Virus record (IMG/VR): IMGVR_UViG_3300035521_000139
Span: 1-64,000 of that record
Direction: 5' to 3' (one strand)
Length of the DNA stretch: 64,000 nucleotides
DNA from: a virus
Lineage: Duplodnaviria; Caudoviricetes
Within the stretch, counting starts at the first letter, position 1; every line of letters begins with the position of its first letter. Positions 29,128 to 38,853 of the stretch are shown here, one piece after another. The translations under genes were made by a program, and so were the position numbers. Below the pieces are notes generated by a model. It searched no databases. It was not told the DNA's origin and saw only the letters and a list, made by a program, of their open reading frames with translations.

Positions 29128-29463
29128 TTAATTAGTAGACTTATACCCAGCCGCCTGCGCTGCTTGAGTAATCTCACTTACAAACTCCGTGTATCGTTTC
29201 ACAAGTGGGTCGCTCTGATTTCCCAACTTCAACAATACCTGGCTCTTCTCATCACTTGTGAAGCTCTCTTCAATGGCTGCACTCACGATGGATTCCACCG
29301 TGACGGGAGTCTGCACCTTATGCACTACATCTGCGCGGTAGTGAGTCTCCTGCTTGCCATCTACCTCCGTTACCTCCTCCTCAATATTAAGAGGTACATT
29401 CTTCAATTCACCCCACGGAGTCTCTGTCGGGGTTTCATCGAAATATAATTTTGTATCAATCAT
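29128..29463 (-). CDS. Small protein, possible fibre chaperone/assembly factor
   Basis: 111 aa following the fibre genes; visibly more GC-rich than its flanks. Confidence 0.45.
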   Translation of the reverse strand: MIDTKLYFDETPTETPWGELKNVPLNIEEEVTEVDGKQETHYRADVVHKVQTPVTVESIVSAAIEESFTSDEKSQVLLKLGNQSDPLVKRYTEFVSEITQAAQAAGYKSTN

Positions 29464-29475
29464 AATCTTAATGTA

Positions 29476-31131
29476 TTAATCGTTATCAAGAATACAGCAA
29501 AATGCCACGGTAGCAGTTCTAGTTGAATCCATATTAAAATTAAAAGTGTGGAAGTGCAACGGAGAAAGAGTATCGTATGTATTCTCTCCTGTAATCATAG
29601 GAGCCATCCACTTGTAACCAGTATTAAAAGAAGTGCTTAGAACCATAATCTGATATATATTATCATAAGCATAGTTTACACCATCAGTGCCTGCGCCAAC
29701 TACTGTAGATATATTGTGGTCTTCTGACTTATAGAAGTCCTTGTGCCACTTTTGTTCTGTTGTCTTAGAGAGTTTTCGCTCACCCAATTTCTCATAACCA
29801 CTACTTGTTTCAATATCGAAATTCTCTGTGGTGTTCTTTATGCAGAAATCGTTATTGTTTAAATACAATTTGGTGTAATCTTTGCAGCGGTAGAATGAAA
29901 CAATAGTATCTGAATCTGCATCAACTTTACAAGAAACTGCTTCATATCCAAATACCCAAGTATCCTTAGAACCAATAGGAATACATACACCTCTCACTAC
30001 AGGTTGTCTTAACACAACTTCCAAGGTATATTCTTTTACTGTGCCACCATTGGAAAGCGAAGCATTGATTTTACAACTAAATTTTTTAGTGTAAATACCG
30101 GTCATAACCCCATCACTAATACCTTGAACAGCTTCCCCGTCTGAGTTATACACTGATTCAAAGGTTCCTTCTGTAGCGTTACTTACAGATAGTTGAGGTT
30201 CCATTACCTTAAAGTGGCTACTTCCTCCAAACATTTCGTAACAACTAGATTGTGTAGTACCATTTATATATAGAGGAGTTCTTGACATGTTTATATAAGT
30301 GATATTTCCATCGCTATCAATAAGTCTAGCTCCAGTATGTTTTCCCCAGAACACTCCATACGGAGTAATAGTAGAGGAGCAGCCATAACCTAAAACTGAA
30401 TTTAAATTTTTCGTTCTAAATTCAATGTAAAGCATAGCTTGCATTATTTCCATCGCTACATTATCTAATGGAATATACTTGACATCCCCTTCTTCGGAGT
30501 TCTTAGCTTTAACATATTTACGAACTGCATTAGCTGGATATCTCGTCCATGCTCCCTTATTAGTAGGATTCACATAAGAGGAACAATCTCCTTGAATATC
30601 AGAAAAATAACCTGTTTTTACTGAAAATTCACCGGTGATATTATCATTTCTTACAGAACGAAAAGTATTATTATACAAAACAGAAACGTCCACAGGGTAA
30701 GCTCTTGGCGGAATATAGATAGATTCATCCCCATCATAGGTAAAAAAAGAGTCACTTATAATGAATCTTTCATAAGTCGGGTTAGTACCTCCTAGAATAG
30801 CATAAATACCACTAGTGTTTGCCAAAAGAATATCTGCACCATCTGAACCATCCAATACAGCATCACTTCCATCAGAGTACTGGTTCCAATTAGTTTGATT
30901 CAACTCTTTTACAACCTTAGCATCTTTTACTGCGGAAACTTTAAAGAGGTTGTGAAATCTCATTTCTTTAAGCAGTTGATCGTCTCCTATCAACTTATGG
31001 TAGCCATTCACTCCGCCACCATCACTAGCACCACGGGTAAATTCAATACCTGTGTAGTGCTCCAACTTCTTCAATCCGCTTGCATCGTCAACGGCGGAAG
31101 GAAGAATAATTTTCAATCCTAATTTACTCAT
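29476..31131 (-). CDS. Putative tail fibre / receptor-binding protein
   Basis: 551 aa, beta-rich, in the fibre cluster; LYIEFRTKNLNSVLGYG motif. Confidence 0.5.
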   Translation of the reverse strand: MSKLGLKIILPSAVDDASGLKKLEHYTGIEFTRGASDGGGVNGYHKLIGDDQLLKEMRFHNLFKVSAVKDAKVVKELNQTNWNQYSDGSDAVLDGSDGADILLANTSGIYAILGGTNPTYERFIISDSFFTYDGDESIYIPPRAYPVDVSVLYNNTFRSVRNDNITGEFSVKTGYFSDIQGDCSSYVNPTNKGAWTRYPANAVRKYVKAKNSEEGDVKYIPLDNVAMEIMQAMLYIEFRTKNLNSVLGYGCSSTITPYGVFWGKHTGARLIDSDGNITYINMSRTPLYINGTTQSSCYEMFGGSSHFKVMEPQLSVSNATEGTFESVYNSDGEAVQGISDGVMTGIYTKKFSCKINASLSNGGTVKEYTLEVVLRQPVVRGVCIPIGSKDTWVFGYEAVSCKVDADSDTIVSFYRCKDYTKLYLNNNDFCIKNTTENFDIETSSGYEKLGERKLSKTTEQKWHKDFYKSEDHNISTVVGAGTDGVNYAYDNIYQIMVLSTSFNTGYKWMAPMITGENTYDTLSPLHFHTFNFNMDSTRTATVAFCCILDND

Positions 31132-31142
31132 ATAATATTATA

Positions 31143-34100
31143 TTAGTTATTATTACTAGTATATCCAAATTGTTGGTCTAGTAAGGCAAGTCTCTTACTA
31201 TACCATTCTAAAATGTGCCTTGGAGAATCGTAAACTCCTCCACTACTTGGAGAACCACAAGTATAATGTTTATCAGGAGTTAATATGTCAGAACTTGTAT
31301 GTTTAGCTGAGCAAACATAAGAATGCCCATTATAATTAACTGCATCTCCGCTTATATACTGTTTATTACTAACCCATTCGCTATAAGAACTATTCTCAGT
31401 GTTAATACTCTCATCATACCCATGGTAAGGTAACCCGTCTTCATCATATAAAAGTTTTATTGAGCCTGCCGACATTTTCCAATATACAGGGTCTCTATAG
31501 GAGGATTGTTCCCAAAGTCTTGCTTCTTCCTTATAAGCACTAAGTCCTATGCTATTGATTAGCTTGAGTATGATGCGTTCCATAGCAGCTACTGATATAA
31601 TATCAGCATCTCGGAGTTCTTTCCATCTGTTGCGCACCTCTGTTTTATGATACCACCATAAATAGCTAAAGAACGCGCCTGTCAATATTGTATTTGTCGG
31701 TTCATAAAAACTATTTAATCCAGTAACACCCATACTTAATGATACATCTGTATCATAATGATTTGCTGCAATCTTTTTTCCATCGTACATTGTCCACAAA
31801 GTATTGTGCCACATAGAATCTGTATTATAGCAATCATTAACTACAAGGAAATAATCTATACAATGAGATATATTATGGTGCTCATTAAATATTGCTATCT
31901 TTGCTTCTTCCTCAGTCTCAAATCCCCAATCAGTTAGGTTTTGTTCTGTAAGGGTAGTAGATAAAATAGGACATACATAAGAATATAAATCAAGCGTTTT
32001 TCTGACTGCAACACTTCTAGTATATTCCTTCTTGCTGAATCCAAGTGCCGTAGCTTGTTTCTGTGTCAAGTCATTCTCTGATATTATCTCATGTGTTCTC
32101 TCATAATATCCCGTCTGTGCATAGTCATTCGGTGAATCATAATCATAATATTGGAATGTGCCATCCGTTTCCTTGCAAATAGTAGTCTTCGGATTACGCA
32201 CCTCTAACTGTTTCCACATTATATAACTTGGACGATACGTATTATAACTTGTGTTCACTACATCGTGCTTATAAGCTACTATACAATAAAATGTTCTTCT
32301 TATAGTAACACTACTTATTTTACCTCCAACTTCAAAATCTATTGTCTCCTCGTCATAGCATATATCTCCTACATTGTAATCTTTATTTTCGTCCCATTTT
32401 TCTATATCACCAATGTTTTGAAGATTATTATTTTTAAGGCTCCAAAAATAAGTATTATATCTCATGACTACCCCATTGAAATAATCCCCAAGCAATAACT
32501 GCTCACCATTGTTATCATTTTTTGCAATGTGATAGTTGTCCTTATCTTTCTTTAAGTTCCATGTGAATAACCCCCATGGTTCGCCATTATAATAAAGCAT
32601 AAATGGAAAACCATCTGGGTGTCCCATAGCTTCATCATTGATTTCCTCAGATACATTTTTACAGCCACCCTCTAACACCTCAGTTTCTGTTTGTTTAGCA
32701 GCAGAAAGTAAGCTTGACCAAGGTCTTTGGTCAAAATAAGGTCTCGAAAGAGCGATTTCTTCTGCATGTCTATATACTCCCAATGACCGTATTTTCCATA
32801 AATCCATTGCATACCCTTTCAAATGGTATCCATCTTGAGGAATCCATCCATCAAATTGAAGAGTAAATGATTCTTTTCTAGCAGTATCGTTATATAAATC
32901 TATAGAAAAGTTCGTTTTATCATAAGTGGAAGAAGTGGCTCCTTGCTTTGAAATCTTAATTGGCTTAGTGAAGCTGTTTCCATGCACATCACGGAATGTA
33001 AGTGTAGCCTGCACCTCCACATACTTGCTCGTTGGCATACTTCCCTCAATATCCACTCTTGCCAATACCGTTGGCATGGGTAGCTTCAAGGATGTTGCTT
33101 CGCTCCAATCACCTGTTCCTCCTTCAAAATTTTCAAGAGTATTTTCAAGAGCAGTAAGTCTTTTATCTACTTTAGTATTAATAGGTTTCTGTTCTTCTGG
33201 AAGTCCTTTTGGAATATAAGCTTCGCCATTAGTTCTAGTACCTCTTACAATAAGACCATCTTTATCTGTAGTAAACTCAATAAACTCATTATTCTCTACA
33301 TTAATAGCATTCAAATCTGCAATACTATTAAACTTCTCTTGTAAACCATCCAGCTCATCAAGTAGCCATTGAGGAAGTAAATTTCTCTGTATATCAAGTT
33401 TACCATTAGCTCTCAAGAAACCAAATAATACATTACCGTCTATATCTTCAGTAGCTAGAATATATTTATCATTTTTAAAGTATTGCAGATGTCCTACACT
33501 ATCAAATAGCTTTTGAACATCTTCTGTAATTCCATGTGCATATTGAGTACCGTCTTTTCTTTTAAAAGCTACAATAAGATTACCATTAGAATCTTCTGCT
33601 GCTAAGATATATTCATCATTTTCAAAGAATGTTAGGTGTCCTACATTATCAAAATCTTTTCTAAGAGTATCTACTTTTTCCGTAGTTTCTTTTCTTTCTT
33701 CTATCTCTTTTGATAAACTAGTATTTGTTATTTCTAAATTATCTATAAGATTATCAATTTCTTTTTTTAATATATTATAATTTTTAGAATCGGTATTCTT
33801 TAAAGATTCTATTAATGGAAGAACTTCTCTAGGTATTCCATGGGGAATATCAACTTCTCCATAATTATTAGTGATTCCTATAGCTAAATTATCATTAGCG
33901 TCTACAATAGCAAAAGCGTATTCAGGTAATTCTGCAATTTTAAAGCCTTCAAAATCTTTAAGTCTTGTTTCATTATCAGAAGTTTTAGTCTCATTTACTG
34001 TGACTCTATTTTGCAAATTCTCTATATCCTCATTTATTAATGGAACTTTAGTTTCTAAAGAACTTACAGAAGCAGCTAATTCATCAGTAGCTGCTTGTTG

Positions 34101-34358
34101 ATTTAAAGATGCTAGACCACTTTTAGTATTATCATAAGTAACAGCAGATGCTACAGAAGCTCCTCCAGTAACAGCTATATTCTTAATAGAATCTGTATTA
34201 TCTTCTATTTTTTTATCAAGATTAGCTATACTTGTATCTAACTCAGAACTCTTTTGTTCTAATGTTTTAGTATCTCCTTCTAAATATATTTGTTTTGCTG
34301 AACCTAATTTACCTTTGCTGGTTGCAGCATTTAATTCATCTGTTAAATTAATTGCCAT
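31143..34358 (-). CDS. Tail fibre/spike with CotH-like kinase domain and CBM5/12-like modules
   Basis: N-terminal coiled coil; KQGATSSTYDKTNFSIDL, DGFPFMLYYNGEPWGLF, D..N...HYDTD; W...Y..GD.V.YNG..Y.C modules. Confidence 0.7.
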   Translation of the reverse strand: MAINLTDELNAATSKGKLGSAKQIYLEGDTKTLEQKSSELDTSIANLDKKIEDNTDSIKNIAVTGGASVASAVTYDNTKSGLASLNQQAATDELAASVSSLETKVPLINEDIENLQNRVTVNETKTSDNETRLKDFEGFKIAELPEYAFAIVDANDNLAIGITNNYGEVDIPHGIPREVLPLIESLKNTDSKNYNILKKEIDNLIDNLEITNTSLSKEIEERKETTEKVDTLRKDFDNVGHLTFFENDEYILAAEDSNGNLIVAFKRKDGTQYAHGITEDVQKLFDSVGHLQYFKNDKYILATEDIDGNVLFGFLRANGKLDIQRNLLPQWLLDELDGLQEKFNSIADLNAINVENNEFIEFTTDKDGLIVRGTRTNGEAYIPKGLPEEQKPINTKVDKRLTALENTLENFEGGTGDWSEATSLKLPMPTVLARVDIEGSMPTSKYVEVQATLTFRDVHGNSFTKPIKISKQGATSSTYDKTNFSIDLYNDTARKESFTLQFDGWIPQDGYHLKGYAMDLWKIRSLGVYRHAEEIALSRPYFDQRPWSSLLSAAKQTETEVLEGGCKNVSEEINDEAMGHPDGFPFMLYYNGEPWGLFTWNLKKDKDNYHIAKNDNNGEQLLLGDYFNGVVMRYNTYFWSLKNNNLQNIGDIEKWDENKDYNVGDICYDEETIDFEVGGKISSVTIRRTFYCIVAYKHDVVNTSYNTYRPSYIMWKQLEVRNPKTTICKETDGTFQYYDYDSPNDYAQTGYYERTHEIISENDLTQKQATALGFSKKEYTRSVAVRKTLDLYSYVCPILSTTLTEQNLTDWGFETEEEAKIAIFNEHHNISHCIDYFLVVNDCYNTDSMWHNTLWTMYDGKKIAANHYDTDVSLSMGVTGLNSFYEPTNTILTGAFFSYLWWYHKTEVRNRWKELRDADIISVAAMERIILKLINSIGLSAYKEEARLWEQSSYRDPVYWKMSAGSIKLLYDEDGLPYHGYDESINTENSSYSEWVSNKQYISGDAVNYNGHSYVCSAKHTSSDILTPDKHYTCGSPSSGGVYDSPRHILEWYSKRLALLDQQFGYTSNNN

Positions 34359-34369
34359 ACATTAATTAT

Positions 34370-35911
34370 TTAAGATATTACAAAATTCCAGGATTGTAAT
34401 GTTAAAGTATTAGCAGTTCTATATACTTTATAAGTGCCCCAAGAAGTATTAATAGTACTTACAGCAGTAAGTGTAACATCAAATCCTGAAGAAGTTACTC
34501 TATTAATAGTTAGTTCATTAGGAACTGCAAACCAAACATACTGATTATTTTCTGTAGTTATACTAGGATTAAAAGCTACATTACTTGAAGAATATAAAGT
34601 TAATGCAGTAAGACTTCCTGATGTTAAAGACTCTAAGAAATTTGCTCCTGCATAACACATATATCTTATAGCACTAGCAGTTTTAGTAGCTCTGTTTTTC
34701 TTTTTTACAGTTAAAATAAATGATTGCTTTCCTCCATTAATTTCTGCTTGTGTAGTACCGCTTGAAGCTGGAATATCTGATAGAGTAACAGCATTCGCAG
34801 AGTTAGAATATTGAATTAATGACTGTTCATCCCCAACAAAAGCAGATCCTTTACTAGTAACAGTAAATGTTACTGTATGTGTTTTAGTACTCCTATTAAA
34901 AGATAAACTTAAATTAGGAACGATTGGCCATTGAGCATCTTGCAACTCAGATACATTTTCAGTTATATCTTGAAATTGTGCTAAAATATCTTCTGGTAAT
35001 CCAGTAGCTGCTTCTAAAGAATTTCTTAAATCCTCATCAAATTTATCTAAAGTAAGTGTATTATCAGCTATCTTATCACTAGTAACACTTTTATTCTGTA
35101 ATTTCTCTGTAGATATTGCATCAGTTGCGACTTTATCTACAGTTACAGCCTTATCATCTAATTTGCTAGTTGTTACAGAAGAATTTTCAATAGTCCTACT
35201 ATTTACTGAATTAGTAGCTAATTTAACATTAGTAACATTATAATCTACTATTTTATCAGTTTCTACAGCTTCATCTGCTAATACTCTAGTATCTACAATA
35301 GCATCTTGTAAATTATAATCAGAAATACAAGAATCACTTAAATGAGTATTTACTATACTTCCTTTAGCTATTTTATCTCTAGTTACAGCGGCATCTTTAA
35401 TTTTGTTTGTTGTAACACTTGCATTAGCTAATTTTTCTTCAATAACAGCAGAAGTGTAAAGTTTATCAGTAGTTACTGCCCTATCTTGTAATTTCTCTGT
35501 AGAAACTGACTCATCATCTAATTTACTAGTATCAATAGCACCATCTTCTATTTTTGCAGTAGTAACAGCTCCATTATTAATAATTCTTGTAGTAACCGCA
35601 TTACTAGCAATTTTAGGCTCTATTACAGCATAAGAATCTAATTTGATAGAAGTAACTGAATTAGCTTTAATCTTCTCACTACTTATAGAATAATCCTTTA
35701 AATCTTCTGTAGTAATACTACCATCTTTAATATGCCTTGATTCAATAGAATCATCCTCTAGAAAAGTACCACTTTTAATTTCTTCAGTTATTTCTTCAAT
35801 AGATTTACCTTCTTTATTAAGTACTGCATCTGAACTAGTAATAGGATATATATTTTCTTTTGATTTACCATTTATAAGTAAATCCTCCGTTAATTGTTTT
35901 ATTTTTCCCAT
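34370..35911 (-). CDS. Tail fibre shaft protein with decapeptide repeats
   Basis: About 24 repeats of xx[AS][VI]TxxK[IL]x; N-terminal IYPITSSDAV motif. Confidence 0.7.
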   Translation of the reverse strand: MGKIKQLTEDLLINGKSKENIYPITSSDAVLNKEGKSIEEITEEIKSGTFLEDDSIESRHIKDGSITTEDLKDYSISSEKIKANSVTSIKLDSYAVIEPKIASNAVTTRIINNGAVTTAKIEDGAIDTSKLDDESVSTEKLQDRAVTTDKLYTSAVIEEKLANASVTTNKIKDAAVTRDKIAKGSIVNTHLSDSCISDYNLQDAIVDTRVLADEAVETDKIVDYNVTNVKLATNSVNSRTIENSSVTTSKLDDKAVTVDKVATDAISTEKLQNKSVTSDKIADNTLTLDKFDEDLRNSLEAATGLPEDILAQFQDITENVSELQDAQWPIVPNLSLSFNRSTKTHTVTFTVTSKGSAFVGDEQSLIQYSNSANAVTLSDIPASSGTTQAEINGGKQSFILTVKKKNRATKTASAIRYMCYAGANFLESLTSGSLTALTLYSSSNVAFNPSITTENNQYVWFAVPNELTINRVTSSGFDVTLTAVSTINTSWGTYKVYRTANTLTLQSWNFVIS

Positions 35912-35923
35912 TATTTATTATTA

Positions 35924-36352
35924 TTAATCATCCGCTACTTTGGTAAATTGATTATCTTCTTCTTTAAAAAAGATAGTATCAAAGGTATTATCCTTTTTAA
36001 TAGCTTTAAAACAATGTATTTTATTTTCCCCTTGGTCATCATCAATCACTCTAAAATATGTATATGATACACTATCCTTAATAAAAATAATTTCAGCACA
36101 TACTTTAATATTCTCCAATAAAGAAGGATCTGTAATCTCTTTGTTTACATCTTCCTCACTAAAAATTAATGAAGTACTGATCTCTTTATCTTCTTCCGAT
36201 AAATTACCTTCTTCAATATTATCAGTATCTGTACTATTATCTATCAATGATTGCCAACCATTAGGACTATACCATTTTAAATCTCCATTATAGAACCAGA
36301 TGCTGTCTTTATCTGGTTCTACTTTGGATTTAACTATATTAATTTTATTCAT
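35924..36352 (-). CDS. Putative head fibre protein (crAss001 gp21-like position)
   Basis: N-terminal IVKSKVEPDKDSIWFYNGDLKWYSPNGW module, immediately after portal. Confidence 0.5.
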   Translation of the reverse strand: MNKINIVKSKVEPDKDSIWFYNGDLKWYSPNGWQSLIDNSTDTDNIEEGNLSEEDKEISTSLIFSEEDVNKEITDPSLLENIKVCAEIIFIKDSVSYTYFRVIDDDQGENKIHCFKAIKKDNTFDTIFFKEEDNQFTKVADD

Positions 36353-38766
36353 TATTTAGTAGTCTGTTTAATTGATTGTTTATTAATTTGCTTTTCTTTT
36401 AGCCTAGCATCAGTACTAGCTTTTTGTCTATCTAATTCAAGTTTATCTCTATCTAGTTTTAACTTAGCATCAAATTCTCTAATTTTCTCCATTAGATTAG
36501 CTTTAGCTTCTTCTGAATACACTGGCTCTTGAATACCGTCTTCATTATTAGCATTTGCTTGAATAGTAGCAATCATAAGTTTAGTCTCATTATCCCTTAT
36601 ATTTGCTTGCTCTTTTTGTTGTATCTCAGCTTCTTTTTGTTGAGCTTGCATTTGAGCAGCTTGTTGTTGGGCTTCTACTTGTTGCTGTTGAGCTTGCTGC
36701 TGTCTCTCTGCCAACTCATTTTCATTCTTCTCAACTAATCTTTGCTTTTCTGCCATTGAAATAGAACTATATAATCTCATAATAGTAGAGAAATTAAGTG
36801 TACTATTTTGTAGAGCAGCTTGTGCAAGAGTATCTAATTTACCTTTTAATTCTTGAGTATTATTACTATTATCTACTACTAATCCATAATCACACTCTGC
36901 AAACTCATCTCCATCAATATCCATAATTCTAACTGAATTATCAGACATTATATATTGAAATTTCTTACTTCTTCCTTTAAGAGCTATTTTAGCAGTTTCA
37001 AGAAAAGCTTCTAGTACTCTTCTTTTTACATCATCATGTATAGTAAATAACCATTCTGTAATATGTGAAGATTGTAGTGTGGATCTTTCTATTCCTCCTA
37101 CAGTTTCTCTATTACTAACTTGTCCTTCTCTTTGTTTAGTAATTCCACAAACTTCAGACATTTCAAGCTTAATAAACTCTAGTATATTAATGTGTTGTTG
37201 AATAGAGTTACCTAACTCTGCATCAATTACTCCACTATTAGCATTATTTAATGCTCCTGATAATACTCCTGTAGAAGCTCCTATATTACCTTCTTTAAAG
37301 CTATCAATAACAGCAATCTTATTAGTCTTAGCATAATAAAGCCATTTTTCCATATCCCAACCTTTTGGAACTTTTGCTAAATCTATATTAAGTATTTTTC
37401 CCCAATTAGATGCTAATAACTTATTTAATCTATCATGAATAACATCATAATAATAATTATAAGGTTTCATCATATCTACAAGACTAAAAGGCCTAGCATC
37501 ATTTTGATTGTATATAGAACCTATAATACCGAAATGGCATCTTGAAGGATTAGATAATCTATTGTATTGTACTACTCTAGGTCTCATATTAACATATATA
37601 TCAGAACCTATTTTAGTACCTTCCCAAGCCTCATTAATATAAAATGTTTGCTCTTCCTCTCCTCTATCTTTATCTATTACATAATTCTCAGGAAAGAAGT
37701 TAAATACTTCATCTCCTGTTTGAGGATCATAAGATTTAACCTTTTTTATTCTTCTTCTTGATTTCCAATATACCCTTAGCACTCTAACATTACCTGCTAA
37801 ATCATAAGGAAGTAGACTACTGCTAATACCTTCTTGAGTTCCCAATGGATCCCAAAAGAAATTATTATCAGTATCAAATTCTTCACCCATCATGTGTGTA
37901 TTAATAAATCCATATCTCTCATCAATATTATCCATCGTATCTGATGTAGATTGTCCTATATGATCAGGTAATGAATTTAAATACTCTAAGTCTTTTTTAG
38001 TAAGAGAATCATAATAAGTATCAATAATTTTTCCAGGACTCCAATAATCTTCAAGTATTATCATATCGGCATCTTCAATTCTATTGGAATATCCTGATTT
38101 AAATACTCTAATTTTAAGAGGATTAATCTTTTCAAGTACAGGTTCTCCACCTACTATATCTACTTGATATATTTCTTCTCCTACAGTTAAAGCATCATTA
38201 AATCCTTGTTTAAATATGAAAGGAATATTTAACTCTTTTACATAATGATTAAGTAAAGAATTAGCTCTTACTTCTCTCATATCTTGCCAATCATAAGAAT
38301 AATAATCATTAATCTTATTTAATGCTTGTTCTGATTCTTCTTGAGATTGTTGTTGATTAGACACCCATTCCTGCATCTTTTGCAAGACTTCTTTTTTCTT
38401 ATTTTCTTCTATTTCAGATATAGCATTTGGATTAGTAATTACAACAGTATAATCAAAGACCCTACTACTTTCTTCTCCTTTAAGGAGATTAAGTTTAGGG
38501 TTCATTATAGGATAATGTTGAATTCTATCTGGTACAAATCCTGCTTTAATATTTTCTGGATTAAGAATTAGTTCTAAGTCCTTCATGTGCAATTTTCCAT
38601 TCAGCAGGTCATAGTTTATTTTTTTATGTATAACAGATTTTCTAACTAGACTATAATTAAAAAAAGTTTTACTGTCGGCAAAATCCAAGTGCTTTTTTCT
38701 CCAAGCTTTATTCTTTCTACTGAAAGGTATTTGTTGTGGAGGTAAACTCACTGTTTCTTTTTCCAT
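36352..38766 (-). CDS. Portal protein
   Basis: About 804 aa from MEKETV (promoter at 38788-38819). QHYPI, INEAWEGTKIG and GITKQREG motifs; C-terminal Gln-rich coiled coil; follows terminase. Confidence 0.9.
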   Translation of the reverse strand: MEKETVSLPPQQIPFSRKNKAWRKKHLDFADSKTFFNYSLVRKSVIHKKINYDLLNGKLHMKDLELILNPENIKAGFVPDRIQHYPIMNPKLNLLKGEESSRVFDYTVVITNPNAISEIEENKKKEVLQKMQEWVSNQQQSQEESEQALNKINDYYSYDWQDMREVRANSLLNHYVKELNIPFIFKQGFNDALTVGEEIYQVDIVGGEPVLEKINPLKIRVFKSGYSNRIEDADMIILEDYWSPGKIIDTYYDSLTKKDLEYLNSLPDHIGQSTSDTMDNIDERYGFINTHMMGEEFDTDNNFFWDPLGTQEGISSSLLPYDLAGNVRVLRVYWKSRRRIKKVKSYDPQTGDEVFNFFPENYVIDKDRGEEEQTFYINEAWEGTKIGSDIYVNMRPRVVQYNRLSNPSRCHFGIIGSIYNQNDARPFSLVDMMKPYNYYYDVIHDRLNKLLASNWGKILNIDLAKVPKGWDMEKWLYYAKTNKIAVIDSFKEGNIGASTGVLSGALNNANSGVIDAELGNSIQQHINILEFIKLEMSEVCGITKQREGQVSNRETVGGIERSTLQSSHITEWLFTIHDDVKRRVLEAFLETAKIALKGRSKKFQYIMSDNSVRIMDIDGDEFAECDYGLVVDNSNNTQELKGKLDTLAQAALQNSTLNFSTIMRLYSSISMAEKQRLVEKNENELAERQQQAQQQQVEAQQQAAQMQAQQKEAEIQQKEQANIRDNETKLMIATIQANANNEDGIQEPVYSEEAKANLMEKIREFDAKLKLDRDKLELDRQKASTDARLKEKQINKQSIKQTTK

Positions 38767-38787
38767 AAAATATTTCTGTATTTGATG

Positions 38788-38819
38788 CAAAATTAATAAA
38801 TATTTTTGAATTATACAAT
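38788..38819 (-). promoter_or_regulatory. Sigma-A-type promoter for the portal operon
   Basis: ATTG-N20-TAATTTTG. Confidence 0.6.
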
Positions 38820-38853
38820 ACTATAAATAAAATAATTATATAGAATAATTAAA

